A stretch of DNA of 64,000 nt from Thermoproteus sp. (lineage in GTDB: Archaea > Thermoproteota > Thermoprotei > Thermoproteales > Thermoproteaceae), in contig JBMFIG010000005.1 in the NCBI GenBank assembly GCA_049976425.1, positions 1-64,000 of the forward strand, written 5' to 3'. The position numbers were made by a program, and so were the translations under genes. Position 1 is the stretch's first letter; every line of letters starts with the position of its first letter. The notes beneath the pieces are model-generated. The model searched no databases. It was not told where the DNA came from and saw only the letters and a list, made by a program, of their open reading frames with translations. Positions 19,364 through 29,432 of this stretch are shown one piece after another.

Positions 19364-20563
19364 TCACCGGGTGATTATTTTTAGGATTAGCCCGTCCCTA
19401 ACTTTGCTCTCGGCGCTTAGCCTCTTGCCTGTAGTGGCCTCGACGGCCGAGACGAACCTTTCCCCGATCTCCGTATGTATCATGTACGCCACGTCTCTGG
19501 CGGTGGCGTCGCCGGGGACCAACAGCGCGTCTGGCAGAACGTTGCCGTTCTTGTCGGTGAGGCGGTGTTCGTCCTCGACGGGGTAGACCACCACGTACCT
19601 CAACGCGTCGAAGACGGCGGCGTTTACGGCGGCGACCACGCCGGTGCCTCCGAACTTCTTCATGACGTCTCTGATCCTCTCCAAGGCGGCCAGCTGTTGT
19701 TGCGATAGCTGGCCCACCACCTCGAAGTCGGGGTCGCCCGGCTTGTAGCGTATTAGCCCTTTGCTGGCCGCCCTCCTCAACGCCAGCTCCGCCTCGGCGC
19801 TGGTGGGGACCACAATTCTGTCGGGGAAGGCCTTTTTGAGAGCCTTGTAGCCCTCCTCGCCCTCGGGAAGATCCACTTTGTTCGCGGCTATCACTATGGG
19901 CTTGTACGCCCTCAATCTGCTCACGAAGTCGAGGAAATCGTTGTCCGTCCACTTGCTGGGCGGCTTCTTCGAGAGCCCCGTGGACTCCAGCACGTCCTCT
20001 ACCTGCGTCCTTCTGTAGCCGAGCCCTCCCAGCTTCTCCATGAGGAGCTCGGCGAGAGGCCTCTTGCCGTACTCGGAGAACCTTATCGCTTTGTCCCAGT
20101 CCTTCTTCACGATCGACACCAGCCACATGTCGATCTCCCTCTCCAGGAACTCCACGTCCTCTACCGGGTTCCTGGTGCCGGGCTTGACCATCCGCCCCTC
20201 CTCGTCGGTGGATCCCGACGCATCCACTATGTGTATCAGCACAGGGGCCCTCCTTATGTGGTCTAGGAATTGATTGCCGAGCCCTCTGCCCTGCCAAGCG
20301 CCGGGGACCAGGCCCGCCACGTCCACCAGCTCCACAGGTATGTAGCAGATCCCGTCGAGGACCAGATAGCTCACGGGGTTGCATTTGAGGCTCTTGCACG
20401 GGCAGTCCCTCCTCACGTAGCCGATGCCGACGTTCGGCTCCACAGTCGTGAAGGGCACGGGCCCTATCTTGACGTCCTTCATGGTGGCCGCCGCGAAGAA
20501 GGTCGACTTGCCCGCGTTGGGCTTGCCCACTATGCCTATCTGTACCCTCGCCTGTACTACCAC
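19364..20563 (-). CDS. ychF: Obg-family translation-associated GTPase/ATPase (YchF-like) with TGS domain
   Basis: Motifs GIVGKPNAGKST, PFTTVEPN, DVAGLVPGA..GRGLGNQFL, NKVD and a C-terminal TGS (AYMIHTEI). Confidence 0.9.
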   Translation of the reverse strand: MVVQARVQIGIVGKPNAGKSTFFAAATMKDVKIGPVPFTTVEPNVGIGYVRRDCPCKSLKCNPVSYLVLDGICYIPVELVDVAGLVPGAWQGRGLGNQFLDHIRRAPVLIHIVDASGSTDEEGRMVKPGTRNPVEDVEFLEREIDMWLVSIVKKDWDKAIRFSEYGKRPLAELLMEKLGGLGYRRTQVEDVLESTGLSKKPPSKWTDNDFLDFVSRLRAYKPIVIAANKVDLPEGEEGYKALKKAFPDRIVVPTSAEAELALRRAASKGLIRYKPGDPDFEVVGQLSQQQLAALERIRDVMKKFGGTGVVAAVNAAVFDALRYVVVYPVEDEHRLTDKNGNVLPDALLVPGDATARDVAYMIHTEIGERFVSAVEATTGKRLSAESKVRDGLILKIITR

Positions 20564-20596
20564 GTAGACGATATATACGGCTCAGTATTTTAATAT

Positions 20597-21913
20597 GTGG
20601 GGGTGAGGCGCTTGTTGCTAATTTCATTGCTTTTACTTATATTATTTATAATATTTCATAATATATTTTTAATAATTTTAATTTTGTTTATTATTTTATT
20701 TTTTAATAGAATAAGAATATTCATTAAGCTGTATAGGATATACAGTGGAATAGAAAGAGAGGCCGTAGCCGCCGCGCTGTTGTTGCTGATCGCTATTATT
20801 CTGATACGTGCTACGTCTGCGGCGAAGGCGGTTGCCCTACTGTTGGGTATTGCCTCTGTTATGTTGGCGCCGTTCTATCCCCAAGTAGCGTTGTCGCTCT
20901 CCTCGTTTGGGCTGGCGGTCGAGTTGCCTATAGCGGGCGTTCCGAGGCTCCTGGCGCTGGCGGCAGCTATAGCACTAGGCTACCTCGCTGGACTTAAGAT
21001 GAGTAGAGGCGGCTTGGTGAGGATATACGCCACGGCGGCTAGCCCCGCGGAGGCGCTTAGGGCTCTAGCGGGGCATAAGGTGGTCGTTAAGGGGCCCGAT
21101 TCGTTCTACGCGCTGGCCCGCGGAGGCGCCGCGGCAGACGGCGATTTGGTCTTCTTCTCGCCGAGCGAGGCCTTGCTGTACCGCTGTAGGGCTCTCCGGT
21201 GTCTGCCCCTATCGGTCAAGACGGGAGACAGCGCGCGGAGGGAGTTCGAGAAGTTGCTCGACGAATATCTGTACCTGTTGTTCCCGGAGCTGGGATCTGT
21301 GGAGACGCCGCTTGTGGTCGTGACGAACGACGAGGTCGCCGAGAGGATCGCGAATAGGCTGGGCAAGACGTATATACTGTCGCCGCGCGGCGCTCCCTCG
21401 ACGACCGCCAACCTCTTCGACGTGCCCGCCGACAAGGCGGCTAGGGCCGTGGCCGCTGTCATGGGGCTCTACGGGCTCACGAGCCGCGAGACGTTTGAAG
21501 AGGCGTATACGTACATCAAGTCGGGCGGCGCCCGGCGCATAGATCCTCAGATACCGGGTGCGTCGGTTCTGAGGGATTTGGTGAGCGGGTTGGGCTCGTG
21601 GCCGGATCTGAGGTACCCGGTGGTGCTCGGCGATGATCCGAAGTCCGTGTTGATCTCATATCTGTTGTACCTAAAATATGGCGGTTTTATCATAACTTAC
21701 TCTAGAAAAATATTTAATATATTAAAAGAACTTGAGGTTAATAATATTATATTAATAACTAAAACTATAGATATAATAAAAGGGGAATCGTATATAGTAG
21801 TGGGTCCTATTAGTGGGCGTTTCTCGAACTTTCTCGATAAATATATAGATAAGATCAATAAATATGAATATGTAGGATATGTCGCCGGGTCGCCGGTCCA
21901 TGGATATTTATAG
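20597..21913 (+). CDS. Hypothetical membrane protein
   Basis: 438 aa with several N-terminal hydrophobic helices and a soluble C-terminal region. Confidence 0.7.
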   Translation: MGVRRLLLISLLLLILFIIFHNIFLIILILFIILFFNRIRIFIKLYRIYSGIEREAVAAALLLLIAIILIRATSAAKAVALLLGIASVMLAPFYPQVALSLSSFGLAVELPIAGVPRLLALAAAIALGYLAGLKMSRGGLVRIYATAASPAEALRALAGHKVVVKGPDSFYALARGGAAADGDLVFFSPSEALLYRCRALRCLPLSVKTGDSARREFEKLLDEYLYLLFPELGSVETPLVVVTNDEVAERIANRLGKTYILSPRGAPSTTANLFDVPADKAARAVAAVMGLYGLTSRETFEEAYTYIKSGGARRIDPQIPGASVLRDLVSGLGSWPDLRYPVVLGDDPKSVLISYLLYLKYGGFIITYSRKIFNILKELEVNNIILITKTIDIIKGESYIVVGPISGRFSNFLDKYIDKINKYEYVGYVAGSPVHGYL

Positions 21914-21932
21914 TGGTGCTTCGTAAGATTCT

Positions 21933-23873
21933 ATGGAGAAGGTCGAGGCGAAGCTCGCCGAGAGGGGCGCCGAGATCGCGCCCCCGAAGCTCGTCAAGGA
22001 TATAATCGAGTTCCCCGCCGTCAGGATAGTCCCAACCCATACTCTGAAGGCCGTGTGGCGCTACTTCCGGGAATTTCCGCACGACATGTTCCCGGTATTC
22101 AAGAACGCGTTCGTCGACGCGGTGGAAGGAGTCGTATACCCGCAGTCTATCCTCCTGCTTAGGGATAAGTCCGACGACAGAAGGGTGGGCGATATCGTCA
22201 ACAACGCAGTCTTCGTGCAGGCCGACGCGTCCGTCGAGGATCTGTATAAACTGTTGAAGGAGAGGAGAGCTCCTGGGGCCGTCGTGGTGGATAAGGACGG
22301 GAAATATCTAGGCATAGCGACCCTCCGCGGGCTCCTCGAGGCTGTAAGGCACATGAAGCCCAAGGCGAGGTCCGTAAACGCGGTGTACAGCGCATTTGGG
22401 GAATCCGTCGTCTTGGCGAAGGAGGGAGATCCAGTGGATAAGCTGGCGAAGAAGCTCGCAGGGGGCGAGATAGAGGGGGCTGTGGTCGCCAACGTCAACG
22501 GCGTGGTTTCGGGCGTGTTGACCGTGTGGGATTTCGTCAAGTCCTCTATATGGCTGAGGCCCAGAAGGGAGCCCCGTCCCCTTTTCGGCAAGGGGGCCAG
22601 CAGAGGGTCCTCCGAGGGGTCCCAACAGCTGAATGTGAGGGCTCTGGAGTCGACCGGAGTGCCCGCCGCGTCTCTTAGGACGTCTGTGGAGGACGTCGCC
22701 AACGCAATGGCGTCTCTAGGTGTGTACGTGCTCCCGGTGGTGGATAAGGACGGGAGGCCTATCGGGGCCGTGACGGCTTGGGACATCCTCAGAGCGTATT
22801 TCGAGGGGCCTAAGGAGGGCAGAGAGGACGTGGAGCCCGAGAGGCCTATATCTGAGGCCGTCGAGGCTAGGCCGAGGGAGGCCGCCGCGAAGCCCGTCAA
22901 GTTTGCGACCGGCGTCAGAGCCCGCGAGCTCGTGAGGACCGACATACCTACCGTAGGCCTCCTGGACAGCGTATCGCACGTGAGGCGCGTGATGGTGAGG
23001 ACGGGGGCCCCTGTCGTCGCTGTGGCGAACGAGGACGGAAATACTGTCGGATTCATCTCCAGGCGCGATCTGCTGTTCTACCTCGCCGAGAGGTCTCTGG
23101 GATATTGGAGAGTCCAGAAGGGGAAGAGGCTCGTGTTGAAGGAGAGCGTGATGCCCGGCGAGCAGGCCAAGGTGTTGAGGGAGGAGGGGACGGCGTCCGA
23201 GCTCATGAAGGTGGACGTGCCGAAGCTCGCCGCCGACGCGTCGGCTGAGGAGATCGCGTACGCCATGCTCTCGTCTGGATTGGACTACGTGCTCGTGGTG
23301 GGCGGATCGGGCGAGCCTCTGGGCATAGTGACTAGGGACGACTTGGTCAAGGCCTACGCCGATAGGGGGAGGGAGGACGCCACGGTGGCCGAGCTGATGA
23401 CGCCTGCCGACATAGCGGTCGTCAACCCCATGCACAGCATATCTCACGTGGTGGAGGTAATGAAGAAATACGAGCTAGACGGCGTGTTGGTCGCCGAGGG
23501 CGGCGACATAAAGGGCGCCGTGGTCGACAACAAGCTGTCGTTGACGCCGATAGAGGAGAGCCTCAGAGGCGAACGCATCTTCGTGGTCACCAAGAGCGGG
23601 TCGAGGAGGGAGGGGTCGAGCAGGTTGAGGTACCCCAAGGCGGGCACGCTCACGGCGCTCGACATAGCCGACGACCCGCCGCCGTCGGTGCCGCCTACAC
23701 TAAAGGCCAAGGAAGCCGCCAGACGGCTGTTGCAACACGGAGTGCTGGCCGTGCTCGACCAACAAGGTAAACTGATCGGCGTCTTGACGGGCTTCGACGT
23801 AGTGCGCGATCTGGCGAGGTCCTACGTTGCGTTTAAGTCGGAGACGGCCAAGAAGGTGGAGGAGAAGGCGTAA
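21933..23873 (+). CDS. Multi-CBS domain protein
   Basis: 646 aa with about 8 repeats of the hVVD.xG..hGhhT..D CBS motif. Confidence 0.88.
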   Translation: MEKVEAKLAERGAEIAPPKLVKDIIEFPAVRIVPTHTLKAVWRYFREFPHDMFPVFKNAFVDAVEGVVYPQSILLLRDKSDDRRVGDIVNNAVFVQADASVEDLYKLLKERRAPGAVVVDKDGKYLGIATLRGLLEAVRHMKPKARSVNAVYSAFGESVVLAKEGDPVDKLAKKLAGGEIEGAVVANVNGVVSGVLTVWDFVKSSIWLRPRREPRPLFGKGASRGSSEGSQQLNVRALESTGVPAASLRTSVEDVANAMASLGVYVLPVVDKDGRPIGAVTAWDILRAYFEGPKEGREDVEPERPISEAVEARPREAAAKPVKFATGVRARELVRTDIPTVGLLDSVSHVRRVMVRTGAPVVAVANEDGNTVGFISRRDLLFYLAERSLGYWRVQKGKRLVLKESVMPGEQAKVLREEGTASELMKVDVPKLAADASAEEIAYAMLSSGLDYVLVVGGSGEPLGIVTRDDLVKAYADRGREDATVAELMTPADIAVVNPMHSISHVVEVMKKYELDGVLVAEGGDIKGAVVDNKLSLTPIEESLRGERIFVVTKSGSRREGSSRLRYPKAGTLTALDIADDPPPSVPPTLKAKEAARRLLQHGVLAVLDQQGKLIGVLTGFDVVRDLARSYVAFKSETAKKVEEKA

Positions 23874-24205
23874 TGGACGTAAGGACGGTCGTAGAGCACA
23901 ACGCATGGCATACGCCGGAGGGGGTATATCTAAGGCTTGTAGTGGTCAAGAGCTGTCCCGACGGCGAGGAGAGGCTGGTCGTCGAGGGCGCCGACCTGGT
24001 CCTATACACGTGCGAGGAGGTGCCTCTCAGGGACGTGGCGGCTGCCTATAGATTTTTCGAGAGGATTGGGCTGAGCGCCGAGCTGATATACGGAGAGTCG
24101 TCGAGGGTCAAGGTCTTTAGGGTGAGGGGCGACTACGAGAAGGTGGTGGCCGCGATAGCGGCGTCGGCGGTTGTGTCCGAGGCGCCCAGTTGGGCCCAGT
24201 CTTGA
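23873..24205 (+). CDS. Hypothetical protein
   Basis: 110 aa; TAATG stop/start overlap with the CBS gene. Confidence 0.7.
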   Translation: MDVRTVVEHNAWHTPEGVYLRLVVVKSCPDGEERLVVEGADLVLYTCEEVPLRDVAAAYRFFERIGLSAELIYGESSRVKVFRVRGDYEKVVAAIAASAVVSEAPSWAQS

Positions 24206-24253
24206 CGCGCAGTAGCGGTAGCAAAGTATATTAACGGGGGATAACCCCCCTTT

Positions 24254-24679
24254 GTGTCTGCCGGCGAGCAGCCAACCACGGAGGCCAAGCCCCAGAAGTT
24301 GCGCTGGGGCATAGCTTGGATATACTCCAGCAGCAATAACACGATCATAACCATAACGGATCTGACGGGGGCCGAGACGGTGGCAAGAGTCAGCGGAGGC
24401 CAGGTGGTCAAGGCCGACAAGGACAAGCCATCTCCCTGGGCCGCGATGCAAGCGGCCTACAAGGCGGCCCAGCTGGCTCTGGCGAGAGGCATCAATGCGG
24501 TGCACATAAAGGTGAGGGGGCCCGGCGGATACGGCATGAAGGTGCCTGGGCCCGGCGCGAGCGCGGCCATAAGGGCTTTAGCCAGAGCCGGTCTAGTGAT
24601 CGGCAGGATAGAGGACGTGACGCCAATACCGCACGACACTATAAGGCCTCCGCATGGCCGTAAGGGCAGAAGGGTCTAA
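24254..24679 (+). CDS. rps11: 30S ribosomal protein S11 (uS11)
   Basis: Motifs [31 protein letters not shown] and [17 protein letters not shown]. Confidence 0.97.
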   Translation: MSAGEQPTTEAKPQKLRWGIAWIYSSSNNTIITITDLTGAETVARVSGGQVVKADKDKPSPWAAMQAAYKAAQLALARGINAVHIKVRGPGGYGMKVPGPGASAAIRALARAGLVIGRIEDVTPIPHDTIRPPHGRKGRRV

Positions 24680-24974
24680 GAAAGCCGATTGCCTAATACT
24701 CGAGGTGGACTACTCGCGGGATAGGCCGAACGATTGGACCAAGCAAGTCTTGAGGTATGCCAGGATCCGTTCGCGGAAGCTCGTGGTCTTGGCCAGAGGC
24801 GGCTCCGCCTCTGCGTTTCTCGCCGATTTAAGAGCTCTGTCGGCCGATAATATGGACTTCCCGGTGCGTATGTACAACGACATAAGCGTGGAGGAGGCGG
24901 CCGCTATGGAGAAGTGCTCGACCTACGAGGTGCGGAGCCTCGGCGATATAATTAATTTAGCCGCGGGCAGATAG
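24654..24974 (+). CDS. Hypothetical protein
   Basis: 106 aa; overlaps the rps11 end and has a plausible composition. Confidence 0.6.
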   Translation: MAVRAEGSKKADCLILEVDYSRDRPNDWTKQVLRYARIRSRKLVVLARGGSASAFLADLRALSADNMDFPVRMYNDISVEEAAAMEKCSTYEVRSLGDIINLAAGR

Positions 24975-24977
24975 GCT

Positions 24978-25032
24978 CTGGTGATGACAAGGCATTAGGG
25001 GCGCCATATCGCCGACGCTGGAACTGCTGAGG
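24978..25032 (+). ncRNA. Probable box C/D sRNA
   Basis: Perfect C box GTGATGA (24981-87) and D box CTGA (25027-30), 39 nt apart, between convergent genes. An AT box lies about 25 nt upstream; the internal D'/C' boxes are degenerate. Confidence 0.55.
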
Positions 25033-25033
25033 C

Positions 25034-26068
25034 TCACCGCTCGGCGGCGCGGATCTGTCTCAGCTTCTGCAACATATAGGGCACGTAGTAGTCCTCTAAG
25101 ATCCTCGCCTTCAGCTCCTCGACGCCCGAGCACGTCTTGGCGGAGATCCTCATGCGGATCTCCCCGAACAGCTCCTCGGCTTTCTTTATATCGTCGTCAC
25201 TAGCTAAATCTATTTTATTTATAACTGCTATAATAGGTATATTAAAATTATTTTTAATACTATTAAAAATATTTATCTGAGTAGAGAGATCGAAGCCGCC
25301 GTAATGGGTAGGATCTACCAAGAACACCACGACCTTGGCTAGGTATCTCAAGGCCAGCACGGCCTGTAGCTCTATCTTGTTCATCTCGTCGAAGGGCCTG
25401 TCCAGCAAGCCCGGCGTATCGATTACCTGAATTCTATCTCCTCTGACGAATATATGGCCCACGTGGATCTGTCTCGTGGTGAACGGGTATTCGGCTACCT
25501 TGGGCTTCGCTGTCGAGAGGCAACCCACCAAGCTACTCTTGCCCACGTTGGGGGCGCCCGCCACCACGACTGTGAATAGATCTGGGTCCACGTCGGGCAG
25601 TCTCCTCAGAAAAGCCGCGGCGGATCTGGCGATCTCCAGCTCGGGCGCCAAGTCCTCTATCAAGTCGACCGCCCTCGCTATGTAGGCCTTCCTGATCCGG
25701 TATATCTGTTCCTTTGAGTACGCGGTTCTCAGAGCCATAAGCGCCTCTCTGGAGATCGACTTGACGGCCGCGGCCGCATTGCCTATCTTGCCCAACGCGT
25801 GTTTGTACCTTGCGATCCCCACCCCCAGCTCCAGGAGCTCCTTATAGAACGGGTGTAGGTCGTTGACGAAGGGCATAGAGACGGCCATCTCCCTAAGGGC
25901 GTCGGCCAGCCCCTTCGCCGATTTCTTGATCCTCACCGCCTCGAGCCGCCTCAACCTCTCCAGGCCCGGCTCTGTCGAGGGGCTCTTAGCCTCCGCGGAT
26001 TTATACACTCCGAAGAAGTAACTCTTCAGCTCCTCCGGCGAATATATGTACGGCGTGTTGAAACGCAC
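25034..26068 (-). CDS. NOG1-family GTP-binding protein
   Basis: Motifs LHPFYKEL, GAPNVGKSS, YPFTT, IDTPGLLDRP..EMNKIE and NKID. Confidence 0.92.
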   Translation of the reverse strand: MRFNTPYIYSPEELKSYFFGVYKSAEAKSPSTEPGLERLRRLEAVRIKKSAKGLADALREMAVSMPFVNDLHPFYKELLELGVGIARYKHALGKIGNAAAAVKSISREALMALRTAYSKEQIYRIRKAYIARAVDLIEDLAPELEIARSAAAFLRRLPDVDPDLFTVVVAGAPNVGKSSLVGCLSTAKPKVAEYPFTTRQIHVGHIFVRGDRIQVIDTPGLLDRPFDEMNKIELQAVLALRYLAKVVVFLVDPTHYGGFDLSTQINIFNSIKNNFNIPIIAVINKIDLASDDDIKKAEELFGEIRMRISAKTCSGVEELKARILEDYYVPYMLQKLRQIRAAER

Positions 26069-26090
26069 GGATCTACACGGTCCCTATATA

Positions 26091-26143
26091 AATCAGCATG
26101 CGTCCACTCTTCACAGATCAGCGTAGCTCAGCGTCGTCACGTA
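26091..26143 (-). ncRNA. Box C/D sRNA (D' guide complementary to a tRNA D arm)
   Basis: Minus strand reads GTGACGA-CGCTGAGCTACG-CTGA-TCT-GTGAAGA-GTGGACGCATG-CTGA, with TTTATAA at 26161-67 about 21 nt upstream. Confidence 0.85.
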
Positions 26144-26170
26144 GGGGACGATCCATATCCTTATAAATCA

Positions 26171-27226
26171 TCAACTACGGCCGGCTCTAAAGCCTATGCC
26201 GTTGACCGAGATAATCGCAGGCCTTCCGTCCTTTAGCGAGAACTTAACCGGCAGAAACCTCTCTATTATGTAGGCGTTGGTCCTCGAATGGGATGTGATC
26301 TCGGACACAGACGCCTCGCTGGGCCCTTCGGCCAGGGCCATGTAGAGCATGATCATGTCGCCCATGTGGGCGTCCAAGGCGGCGCCCGACGAGATCTCCC
26401 TCAAGAGCTTCTCGGCGGCCTCTCTGCCGACCGCCTCCGCAGGCTTTCCTCTCTCGCCCAGCGCGTCGGCTCCCAACACCAAGCCTCTGTCCGTCTCAGC
26501 CCACAGAACCACGCCAGAGCCGGGCCCTAGACCGTCCTGTCGATGCTCCACGGCGATCTCCACGGGCACGCCCAGCCCCCTTAAGGCCTCCTCGGCGGCC
26601 TTAGCTTGTCTCTCTGCCACGTGGCGCGGCAGATTCACCGCGTGGGAGATCCCGGCGATCCTCCTTATATCTCCCCTCTCCCTCCACGACACAGGCGCGA
26701 GCCGCTCCACCGGCTCTACGGACAACTCGACGAGCCCGCCTCCCTTCGGGTAGTGCCCCCTCCTTATTAGGTTGAGGGAGGCCCTTACGCCCATAAGGGC
26801 CAGAAGCTTGAACATGACGTTGGCCAAATAGTCCACAGGAGGGGCCATGGGAACGTCGGTGCCCCCTCTTATGGTAATCTTGGATCTACACCGAGAGAAC
26901 GCCAAAACGGGCAACACGGTCTGTACGACGAGGCCGACGCTCCCCGCTGTCCCTATATCGAAGGAGAACTCGCCGCATTTGCGGCTACGCGGAGAGAACA
27001 CGAGCCTGGTGGATCCTATCTCGGCTCCGGCGACTTCGGCGTCTGTCAACGCGGCGGCCGCCCTCACTGCTGTCAGGTGTTGATGTTGCAGGCCCGGGTT
27101 GCGCCTCTTGGCTCTTATGTTATATATCTCGACGGGCCTCAGGAGCAGGCTGGATAGCGCCAGAGACGTCCTCAAGATCTGTCCTCCCCCCTCTCCGTAG
27201 GATCCGTCTATGGTAACCGCCTGCAC
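26171..27226 (-). CDS. rtcA: RNA 3'-terminal phosphate cyclase
   Basis: Motifs [39 protein letters not shown] and D.HMGD. Confidence 0.95.
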   Translation of the reverse strand: MQAVTIDGSYGEGGGQILRTSLALSSLLLRPVEIYNIRAKRRNPGLQHQHLTAVRAAAALTDAEVAGAEIGSTRLVFSPRSRKCGEFSFDIGTAGSVGLVVQTVLPVLAFSRCRSKITIRGGTDVPMAPPVDYLANVMFKLLALMGVRASLNLIRRGHYPKGGGLVELSVEPVERLAPVSWRERGDIRRIAGISHAVNLPRHVAERQAKAAEEALRGLGVPVEIAVEHRQDGLGPGSGVVLWAETDRGLVLGADALGERGKPAEAVGREAAEKLLREISSGAALDAHMGDMIMLYMALAEGPSEASVSEITSHSRTNAYIIERFLPVKFSLKDGRPAIISVNGIGFRAGRS

Positions 27227-27267
27227 GCTGTTAAATCAACGTTAAAATAAACTGATTAGGCGCATCA

Positions 27268-28659
27268 GTGGCGCTCCAAGCGCTTGTATCGCCGGGCTCT
27301 GTGGCGGTGATTGGGGCCTCGGCAAAGCCTAGGACCATAGGCTATACAATCTCGGCGCAGTTGATCAAGAGATTTAGGGGAAGGGTCTACCTAGTAAATC
27401 CGAACTACGGCGAGGGGGTGATAGAGGGAAGAACCGTGAAGTTCTACAGATCGGTCCTGGAGATAGAGGACGAGGTGGATATGGCTGTAGTGGCCGTGCC
27501 GGCGAAGGCCGTGCCGGGGGTGTTGGAGGAGGCCGGACGTAAGGGGGTCAAGGTCGCCGTAATAGTCAGCGGCGGCTTCGCGGAGGCGGGCAACGCCGAG
27601 CTGGAGGCCGAGGTCGCGCGCGTAGCTAGCGCATATGGGGTGCGCGTCCTGGGCCCCAACTGCGTCGGCGTCTACAACGCCGAGGTTGGACTGGACACGA
27701 TGTTCCTGCCTGAGGAGAAGGCCGCAAGGCCTGCGGGAGGGCCCATCGCCTTTATAAGCCAGAGCGGCGCCGTCATGACGGCCGTCTTGGATTGGGCGGC
27801 CGCGGAGGGTATCGGCATAGGTTTAGCAGTCAACGTGGGCAATAGGGCCGACATAGGCGAGGGGGAGATCCTAGAGCTCTTGAGGAGGCTCGACTACGTG
27901 AAGGTCGCGGCGTTGTACATCGAGGGGTTCAGGAGACGTAGGGAGGTCGAGGAGTTCTTAAGATCCGCTAAGGCGTTCTCCAGAGATAAGCCTGTCCTAG
28001 TTTACAAGGCGGGCCGCGGCGCGGATTCGGCGAGGGCCGCTAGGTCGCACACGGCGGCTTTAGCGGGCAACTACGAGTACTATAAGGCACTGTTCAGACA
28101 GGCGGGGGCTATCGAGGCGGAGGATCTACTGGATCTCTTCGACATGGCGCAAGCGCTGGCCCTCCTGCCTCTGCCGAAGGGGCCGAACGTGCTCGTCGTG
28201 ACGTCGTCGGGCGGCATAGGCGTGCAGGCGACCGACTTCTTGCTCGAGCAGGGGCTCAAAGTGCCGAAGACGCCGCAAGCCCTCGAGGAAGAGCTCAGGC
28301 GAGTCCTCCCGCCTCTGGCCTCTTTGGGGAACCCCATAGATCTCACAGGCGGCGCGACCAACGAGGACTTCGCCAACGCGCTGGAACGCGCGCTTGATCA
28401 TTTCGACATGGCGCTGGTCGCGGCCTTGATACATCCCCCCGGCCTCGACGAGAGGCTGGCCGACTACATAATAGAATCGAAGCGTCGGGGGAAGCCCGTC
28501 GTAGCAGTAAGCATCGGCAACTCGCCCGCCGTGAAGGAGCTCGAGAGGCGGCTCAAGGGCAAGATCCCCGTATACAACTCGCCTAGGAGAGCCGCGCGGG
28601 CTCTATGGGCCTTGTATAGGTACTCAGAGATAAAACGCGGTAGGTCTACGCCTACATGA
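27268..28659 (+). CDS. Acyl-CoA synthetase (ADP-forming) alpha subunit
   Basis: Motifs VAVIGAS, SGGFAE, GPNCVG, SQSGA, SHTAALAG and NPIDLTG. Confidence 0.9.
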   Translation: MALQALVSPGSVAVIGASAKPRTIGYTISAQLIKRFRGRVYLVNPNYGEGVIEGRTVKFYRSVLEIEDEVDMAVVAVPAKAVPGVLEEAGRKGVKVAVIVSGGFAEAGNAELEAEVARVASAYGVRVLGPNCVGVYNAEVGLDTMFLPEEKAARPAGGPIAFISQSGAVMTAVLDWAAAEGIGIGLAVNVGNRADIGEGEILELLRRLDYVKVAALYIEGFRRRREVEEFLRSAKAFSRDKPVLVYKAGRGADSARAARSHTAALAGNYEYYKALFRQAGAIEAEDLLDLFDMAQALALLPLPKGPNVLVVTSSGGIGVQATDFLLEQGLKVPKTPQALEEELRRVLPPLASLGNPIDLTGGATNEDFANALERALDHFDMALVAALIHPPGLDERLADYIIESKRRGKPVVAVSIGNSPAVKELERRLKGKIPVYNSPRRAARALWALYRYSEIKRGRSTPT

Positions 28660-29432
28660 TAGCCCTCCTAACAGACTTCGGGACCAAGGACTACTTCGTT
28701 GCCGAGATGAAGGCCGTAATACTCTCCATAAATAAGGACGAGATCGTAGTCGACATAACCCACGAGATACCGCCACAAGACATACGTTCAGGCGCCTTCG
28801 TGTTGTGGAGGGCCTACAAGTGGTTCCCAAAGGGCACCATCTTCGTCGCCGTGGTGGATCCCGGCGTCGGCACGGCGCGTGCGCCCATCTTGTTGAAGAC
28901 AAGGAACTACTTCTTCGTGGGGCCTGACAACGGCTTGCTGAGCCTCGCCGCTGAGGAGGACGGGGTGGAGGAGGCGTATAAGATAACTGCACAGCTGCCG
29001 TCGACCTCAAGCACCTTCCACGGACGCGATGTGTTCGCCTATACGGCGGCGCTCCTATCCAAGGGCGTGCCCCCGAGCTATCTCGGCGTGAGGATAGCCG
29101 ACTATGTAAGGCTTGAGAGGCCCGAGGCCGTGAAGGACGGCGGGGTCTTGAGGGGTCAATTAATATATATTGATAGGTTTGGAAATGTATTTACATCTAT
29201 AGATGAAAAACTTGTAAAGGAGATCGCGGAGTTCGGCGACCGCCTGTGCGTGAAAATCTCTGGGAGGGTGTACGAGATGAGGTTCTTGAGATCCTACGGG
29301 TATTCAGAGGTCGGCGAGCCCATCCTCCTAATAAATAGCGAGGGGTTTCTCGAGATAGCGGTGAACAGAGGCAACGCCGCCGAGAAGCTCGGCCTTAAAG
29401 TAGGCGAGCGGGTAGATATCTACAAGTGCTGA
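28656..29432 (+). CDS. SAM hydroxide adenosyltransferase (DUF62, chlorinase/fluorinase family)
   Basis: Motifs LLTDFG, VVDPGVGT, GPDNG, STFHGRDVF, DRFGN and LEIAVNRG. Confidence 0.93.
   Translation: MIALLTDFGTKDYFVAEMKAVILSINKDEIVVDITHEIPPQDIRSGAFVLWRAYKWFPKGTIFVAVVDPGVGTARAPILLKTRNYFFVGPDNGLLSLAAEEDGVEEAYKITAQLPSTSSTFHGRDVFAYTAALLSKGVPPSYLGVRIADYVRLERPEAVKDGGVLRGQLIYIDRFGNVFTSIDEKLVKEIAEFGDRLCVKISGRVYEMRFLRSYGYSEVGEPILLINSEGFLEIAVNRGNAAEKLGLKVGERVDIYKC

Noticed and set aside
19398-20627. 409-aa ORF overlapping the YchF-like gene on the same strand
   Set aside because: Its R/G/Q/P/H-rich composition is typical of an off-frame shadow of GC3-rich codons, and it has no motifs.
22284-22755. 19-bp exact direct repeat GTGGTGGATAAGGACGGGA (22284-302 and 22737-755)
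   Set aside because: It encodes the VVDKDG motif of two CBS repeats and is not an att site or CRISPR repeat.
22061-23447. Long antisense ORFs (331 and 243 aa) opposite the CBS gene
   Set aside because: S/T/A-rich or H/R-rich antisense shadows. The same applies to most short overlapping ORFs in the track.
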